Assembly: GCA_002427605.1 (NCBI GenBank)
Contig: DIRT01000018.1
Span: 1,386 to 65,385, forward strand
Direction of reading: 5' to 3'
DNA: 64,000 nucleotides
From: Bacteroidales bacterium UBA5429
GTDB taxonomy: Bacteria > Bacteroidota > Bacteroidia > Bacteroidales > WCHB1-69
Part shown: positions 59,397-64,000 of the stretch, piece after piece
How the letters are laid out: each line of letters starts with the position of its first letter
How positions within the stretch are numbered: the stretch's first letter is position 1
Translations under genes and position numbers: made by a program
The notes under the pieces: generated by a model
Told to the model about the DNA's origin: nothing
The model's database searches: none
What the model saw: the letters and a program-made list of their open reading frames with translations, nothing else

Positions 59397-60169
59397 AACA
59401 AATAAAAAATTATTTCCCGCTACAAATCAGAGAAAATCCGGCTCATCAAAAATATATGGTGAAAGAATATATTCAGCTGATGATTTTAGATTTTTTAGCA
59501 ACTTCAAAATTTGTAAAAAAAATTGTTTTTATTGGAGGTACAAATTTGCGGTTGGTAAAAGGAATTGATCGGTTTTCAGAAGATTTAGATTTTGATTGTA
59601 AAAATTTATCTGCTGAAGATTTTTCAGACTTGTCGCAATCGGTTTTAACTTTTCTGAATCGTTCGGGTATACGAGCCGAAGCGCGAGAAAAACAAAGCGA
59701 AAAATTAACAGCATATAGATCAAGGATCTATTTCCCTGAACTATTATTTGAATTGGGGATATCGGCATATAGAGAAGAACGATTTATGATAAAGATTGAA
59801 AGTCAAAATCAAGAATTTGAATATACACCCCAAATGGTTCATATTAGCAGTTGTGGTTTTTATATTTTGTTTCCTGTTCCATCGGATGATCTGCTTTGTG
59901 CAATGAAATTATCAGCTCTACTTTCGCGAGCAAAAGGACGTGATTTTTATGATGTTTTGTTTTTACTTTCTCAGACAAAACCCAACTATGAATATTTAGC
60001 TCAAAAGCAGGGTATACACGACGCAACAGAACTCAGAAAAAGATTAGCAGAAAAAATAGAAAACATTGATTTAGTGCATAAATCTAGAGATTTTGAACAT
60101 TTGTTATTCAACAGAAGGAATAAAGATAAAATTTTGAATTTTGGGGAATTCATTAAAATGATAAATTAA
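59384..60169 (+). CDS. Type IV TA toxin, AbiEii/AbiGii nucleotidyltransferase
   Basis: FIGGTNLR, RFSEDLDF, K..A...R.KGRDFYD. Confidence 0.9.
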   Translation: MFNIEQIKNYFPLQIRENPAHQKYMVKEYIQLMILDFLATSKFVKKIVFIGGTNLRLVKGIDRFSEDLDFDCKNLSAEDFSDLSQSVLTFLNRSGIRAEAREKQSEKLTAYRSRIYFPELLFELGISAYREERFMIKIESQNQEFEYTPQMVHISSCGFYILFPVPSDDLLCAMKLSALLSRAKGRDFYDVLFLLSQTKPNYEYLAQKQGIHDATELRKRLAEKIENIDLVHKSRDFEHLLFNRRNKDKILNFGEFIKMIN

Positions 60170-60409
60170 ATTTAGATAACAAATATCATTTATTATACAA
60201 ATGTTTGACTTCTAATTTTATGTAAATATGCAGAAAAACAGAAGTAAAATATAATCTCTTACTAATTTAGTAACCATATTTACAATTTGGTCTATCGGAA
60301 AATCAAGAAAAAAATCTCAAAAAAAGGGATAATAAGCATTGCAGTAATCGGAAAAAATTATTACTTTTGAAAACTTTTTTTCACTGATTAAAAATTTAAC
60401 TTTACGACA

Positions 60410-61576
60410 ATGAATAAGAAAATTTCAAATGTTTTTCCTTGGGTATTGATGATTTTAATGTCGTCGGTTACCTTTGTAGGGATTTTATCAGAGTTGATGC
60501 CTTCTGGCGTTTTACCACAAATTATGGATGACTTGGGTATTAACGAGGTGCAGGGTGGTAGATTGGTAGGCTTATATGCACTTGCATCAGCTATTTTTGG
60601 TATTCCGCTCATTTCTGCGACAATGCAATTTAACCGCAAGAACTTATTATTATGGTTATTGCTAGGATTTGCCGTTTGTAACATTGCGTCAGCTTTGGTA
60701 CACAATTATTATTTAGTTTTAGTGCTTCGTTTTCTCGGAGGTATCAGTGCCGGTGTAATGTGGCCTATGATTGCTGCATTCGGTATGCGATTGGTTGATC
60801 CTCATCATCAAGGGAAAGCAGTAGCGGTAATTATGGCGGGAAATACGCTAGGGATTAGCTTAGGTATGCCTCTGATGACCTCTATTGGTGAGAAATTTGG
60901 TTGGCGTACTGAGTTTATTGTTTTGGGATTGATTGTTGTTCTTATTGCTGTACTTTCTTTCTTTATGCTGCCATCTACTCCTGGCGAAAAACTCACAAGA
61001 AGCACATCTCCTTTTGCTATGCTGAAGAATAAAGCTATTTTATTAATTATTCTTCTCACTTTATTGGGAGTTAGTGCACATTACGGAGTTTACACCTATA
61101 TTACTCAGTTAGTAGCAGAAATCGATATTAAGGGCGGTATTGAAATGGCGTTGCTCGTATTTGGTATTGGCTCGTTGATATCTATTGTTATTGCAACGAA
61201 GTATATTGACAAGTATTTGCGTGAACTCACAGTATTAATGTTTGCTTTCATTGCTATCGCAATGGTGATGTTTTATTTCTTCAAAGGTGCAATGTTCATC
61301 TCTCATTTAGGTTTCTTCATGTGGGGATTGTCATTTGGTCCGTTGGTAACACTCTTCCAGGCAGCAGTCGGCAATCAAGTGGAAACTGCCAAAGACGTGG
61401 CCATGTCGGTACAGTCCTGTATGTTTAACCTCTCTATTATGCTTACTACCTGGGTAGCAGGTGTATTGTTAATGCATTACGGTGCATTAAATCTCACTTG
61501 GTATGCAGTAATATTGGCTGTTCCCGGAATCATCATTTCGATTTTTGCAAAACACACCCTTCGTCCGATGGGATAA
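60410..61576 (+). CDS. MFS transporter (DHA1/AraJ-like)
   Basis: SELMPSGVLP, 12 hydrophobic segments, G..LG motifs. Confidence 0.9.
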   Translation: MNKKISNVFPWVLMILMSSVTFVGILSELMPSGVLPQIMDDLGINEVQGGRLVGLYALASAIFGIPLISATMQFNRKNLLLWLLLGFAVCNIASALVHNYYLVLVLRFLGGISAGVMWPMIAAFGMRLVDPHHQGKAVAVIMAGNTLGISLGMPLMTSIGEKFGWRTEFIVLGLIVVLIAVLSFFMLPSTPGEKLTRSTSPFAMLKNKAILLIILLTLLGVSAHYGVYTYITQLVAEIDIKGGIEMALLVFGIGSLISIVIATKYIDKYLRELTVLMFAFIAIAMVMFYFFKGAMFISHLGFFMWGLSFGPLVTLFQAAVGNQVETAKDVAMSVQSCMFNLSIMLTTWVAGVLLMHYGALNLTWYAVILAVPGIIISIFAKHTLRPMG

Positions 61577-61583
61577 AAGAGAA

Positions 61584-62135
61584 ATGGAATTACAAACGAA
61601 CCGTCTAATTTTAAGGGCTTGGCAGGAAAGCGAAGCGGAAATATTTTATAAATATGCTAAAAATCCGAATGTAGCTCTTAAAGCCGGTTGGCAACCACAC
61701 ACCAATGTCGAGAGAAGTTGTGAAGTTATTAAAGCTTTTCTTTTAGTTTCTGAGGTTTACGCCATTGTTTTGAAAGAGATAGGTGAGCCTATTGGCACTA
61801 TAGGAATAGTTCCGAGATCTGAAATGAATAGTAATATAATAGGAGAAAATGAATGTGAGGTGGGTTGTTGGATTGGCGAGCCATTTTGGGGACAGGGCTT
61901 GATCCCGGAAGCTCTGAAAGCACTACTCAGGCATGCTTTTGAAACACTGAACTATACTGTCGTATGGTGTGGTTATTATGATGGAAATGAAAGATCAAAA
62001 CGGGTTCTGGAAAAATGCGGTTTTGTTTTTAGTCACACAGAATACAACAAACCTGCTCCATTGCCGAATGATTTTCGTACGGAACATTTTTTCAAACTCA
62101 CTTTTGAAAACTGGAAAAAAATAAAAGACAGATAA
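61584..62135 (+). CDS. GNAT N-acetyltransferase (RimJ/RimL family)
   Basis: LQTNRLILR, EVGCWIGEPFWGQGL, N.RSKRVLEKCGF. Confidence 0.9.
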   Translation: MELQTNRLILRAWQESEAEIFYKYAKNPNVALKAGWQPHTNVERSCEVIKAFLLVSEVYAIVLKEIGEPIGTIGIVPRSEMNSNIIGENECEVGCWIGEPFWGQGLIPEALKALLRHAFETLNYTVVWCGYYDGNERSKRVLEKCGFVFSHTEYNKPAPLPNDFRTEHFFKLTFENWKKIKDR

Positions 62136-62166
62136 AATATTATTGTCAATAATACTTTTCTATATC

Positions 62167-62200
62167 AAAAAAAAGCTACCCTTTTGAGGTAGCTTTTTTT
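62167..62200. terminator. Bidirectional intrinsic terminator
   Basis: A8-GCTACC-CTTTTGA-GGTAGC-T8 between convergent genes. Confidence 0.85.
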
Positions 62201-62217
62201 GTAATCAATTAAAAATC

Positions 62218-63465
62218 TTACATTTTGAATGGAATTTCAAATTCTGTTGGTTTCTTTTTGAATAGGAATTCCCCTTTTCTAACTGAAGCCAACACGCCAA
62301 CACGTCTGCGGATGCAATCCCACGCGCTATCACCGTCCAAAACAATAAAGTTTGCATCTTTGCCTACTTCCAAGCCGTATTCGTCATGAATATTCAAACA
62401 TCTGGCACCATTATAGGTAATTAAATCAAATGCAACCTCTACTTCCTGTGGACTGGCGAATTGAGTTAAGTGGATACCGTTATCCAACACATTCATCATA
62501 TTTCCACTTCCGAGAGGATACCATGGGTCGTTGATGGAGTCTTGTGCAAACGCAACATTGATCCCCATTTCCATAAATTCTTTAACTCTGGTCAAACCAC
62601 GACGTTTTGGATAAGTGTCTTGTCTTCCTTGCAGATATGCGTTTTCAGTAGGACAAGAAACAAAGTTCATTTTGCTTCTCTTGAACATATCAAACATTCT
62701 GTACGCGTATGAATCGTCAGCAGAACCAAATGAACAAGTGTGGCTCGCGGTTGTTCTTGCACCATAATCTTCAAAGTAAACTAACGCATTTAAGATTTCA
62801 ACGAATCTTGCCATAATGTCGTCTGTTTCGTCGCAGTGAACGTCAATTAACACATTGTATTTGATTGCAAGCTCTACAATATCGTGAATTGATTTTTCAC
62901 CAAACTCTCTGGCAGGTTCATAGTGTGGAATTCCACCAATCACATCAGCTCCCATTTTAAGTGCTTCTTCAACCAAATCTCTTCCACCTTTGTAAGTGTA
63001 CATCCCGTTTTGTGGGAAAGCAACCACCTGGATATCAACCAGATGTTTCATCTCTTCTTTCAGTTCCATGAGGGCTTTGAAGCCGATGAAATTGGGGTCA
63101 GTAACGTCAGTTTGAGCTCTAATGAACTGAACACCTTGTGAAACTTCATCTTCAATACCTTTTTTAGCTAAGTTTTTCACCCCTTCGATGGTCATTGTAG
63201 CCTTGTATTTAGGCCAGTTTTCAATTGCTTCAAAAAGAGTTCCCGATGCTGCACCGATGCCCTCCATTTCGCCTAAAGTGTAAACATAATCCAAGTGAAG
63301 GTGTGGGTCAACATAAGGAGGGAGAACAAATTTCCCTTTCAAATCGATCTCTTCGTCACATTTTGGAAGATTTACACCGATTTGAGTAATTTTCCCATTT
63401 TCAACAATAATTTCCGATGCGGAGACATTGCGATAGATTTTTGCATTAAAAAATTTTCTTTTCAT
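62218..63465 (-). CDS. codA: Cytosine deaminase-like amidohydrolase
   Basis: DPHLHLD, GTLFEAI, HCDE, SH, DS..DPWYPLG. Confidence 0.82.
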   Translation of the reverse strand: MKRKFFNAKIYRNVSASEIIVENGKITQIGVNLPKCDEEIDLKGKFVLPPYVDPHLHLDYVYTLGEMEGIGAASGTLFEAIENWPKYKATMTIEGVKNLAKKGIEDEVSQGVQFIRAQTDVTDPNFIGFKALMELKEEMKHLVDIQVVAFPQNGMYTYKGGRDLVEEALKMGADVIGGIPHYEPAREFGEKSIHDIVELAIKYNVLIDVHCDETDDIMARFVEILNALVYFEDYGARTTASHTCSFGSADDSYAYRMFDMFKRSKMNFVSCPTENAYLQGRQDTYPKRRGLTRVKEFMEMGINVAFAQDSINDPWYPLGSGNMMNVLDNGIHLTQFASPQEVEVAFDLITYNGARCLNIHDEYGLEVGKDANFIVLDGDSAWDCIRRRVGVLASVRKGEFLFKKKPTEFEIPFKM

Positions 63466-63678
63466 AAAAATATAGTTTAAATATTGACATGTAAAACAAC
63501 CCTCAAAGTTACGTATTTTTTTAAAACTAAACAATGCTTTTTGAGAAAATTTTTAGGTCGAAAAGCTTTTTTTTTTTTATTTTTTTATCCGGAATAAAAC
63601 TGTTATCTTTGCAAGCGATGAAGGTTATGATATAAACTTTTTTTTATAAATGCTCAAAAAAAGTATATTGGAGTAGTA

Positions 63679-64000
63679 ATGGGAAAGATAAAAATATTTA
63701 TCAGCAGTGTGCAGTCTGAGTTTGCTTTAGAGCGAAAGGCTTTAGCAGAATATATACGTGCGGATTCGTTACTTGGTAAATTTTTTGACCCTTTCATTTT
63801 TGAAGAGCTTCCGGCAGTCGATTTGACCGCTCCGAATCTCTATTTGAAAGAAGTTGGGAGATGTAATATCTATTTGGGGTTAATTGGAGCTAAGTATGGT
63901 TATCGTGATAGTGAAGGAGTATCGCCTACCGAGAGAGAATATAATAAAGCTACACAATTACAAAAGACTCGACTCATTTTTCTAACTTATCACGAGCCTG
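63679..64000 (+). CDS. DUF4062 (TIR-like) domain protein, runs off the window edge
   Basis: My translation: MGKIKIFISSVQSEFALERKAL...FEELPA...YLKEV..C.IYLGLIG..YG...SPTEREY..A; TATCTTTG element upstream. Confidence 0.8.
   Translation, partial: MGKIKIFISSVQSEFALERKALAEYIRADSLLGKFFDPFIFEELPAVDLTAPNLYLKEVGRCNIYLGLIGAKYGYRDSEGVSPTEREYNKATQLQKTRLIFLTYHEP

Noticed and set aside
1869-63480. Many 60-220 aa ORFs overlapping or antisense to confident genes (e.g. 25458-25940, 37418-38071, 53771-54259, 56571-57122)
   Set aside because: Shadow ORFs of well-supported coding regions, with no motifs of their own
1-64000. tRNA, rRNA, integrase, transposase, reverse transcriptase or cas genes
   Set aside because: None recognisable by eye or in the ORF track; a tRNAscan or cmscan run would be needed to exclude small RNAs

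Overview
64 kb of AT-rich Bacteroidota chromosome, probably an anaerobic Bacteroidales-type organism. The evidence is TAnnTTTG -7 promoters, no Shine-Dalgarno sites, T9SS C-terminal sorting domains and gldB/D/F/G. Most of the window is housekeeping: ddl, two GH73-LysM and two M23 cell-wall genes, phoH, lpxK, PNP, cdaA, tdk, pepC/pepT, ssb, an EF-G paralog, lpdA, sufE, nfo, murG, ackA, queE, dnaX, relA/spoT and acpP. Small accessory inserts are scattered between them: an 8.65-12.7 kb island, an MmeI-like type IIL R-M gene, an AAA_14/DUF4143 gene, KilA-N, an AbiE toxin-antitoxin pair and a DUF4062 gene at the right edge. I found no tRNA, rRNA, CRISPR array, integrase or transposase. The most striking unexplained signal is non-coding: a dispersed element (TTTGGAAAT..GGGGGGCAG-N~30-CCCCACTC..(AATTACG)n) in six copies plus one partial copy. 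Every copy lies in the sense direction of an adjacent transcript, and inverted pairs bracket both the R-M gene and the 8.65-12.7 kb island. The copies sit among 7-bp tandem arrays, REP-like hairpins and a lone integron attC-like site. Three genes have broken reading frames: GH95 fucosidase (A9G8 run), KilA-N (TAG) and dnaX (split after domain III). Annotations come from motif recognition only; no database searches were run.
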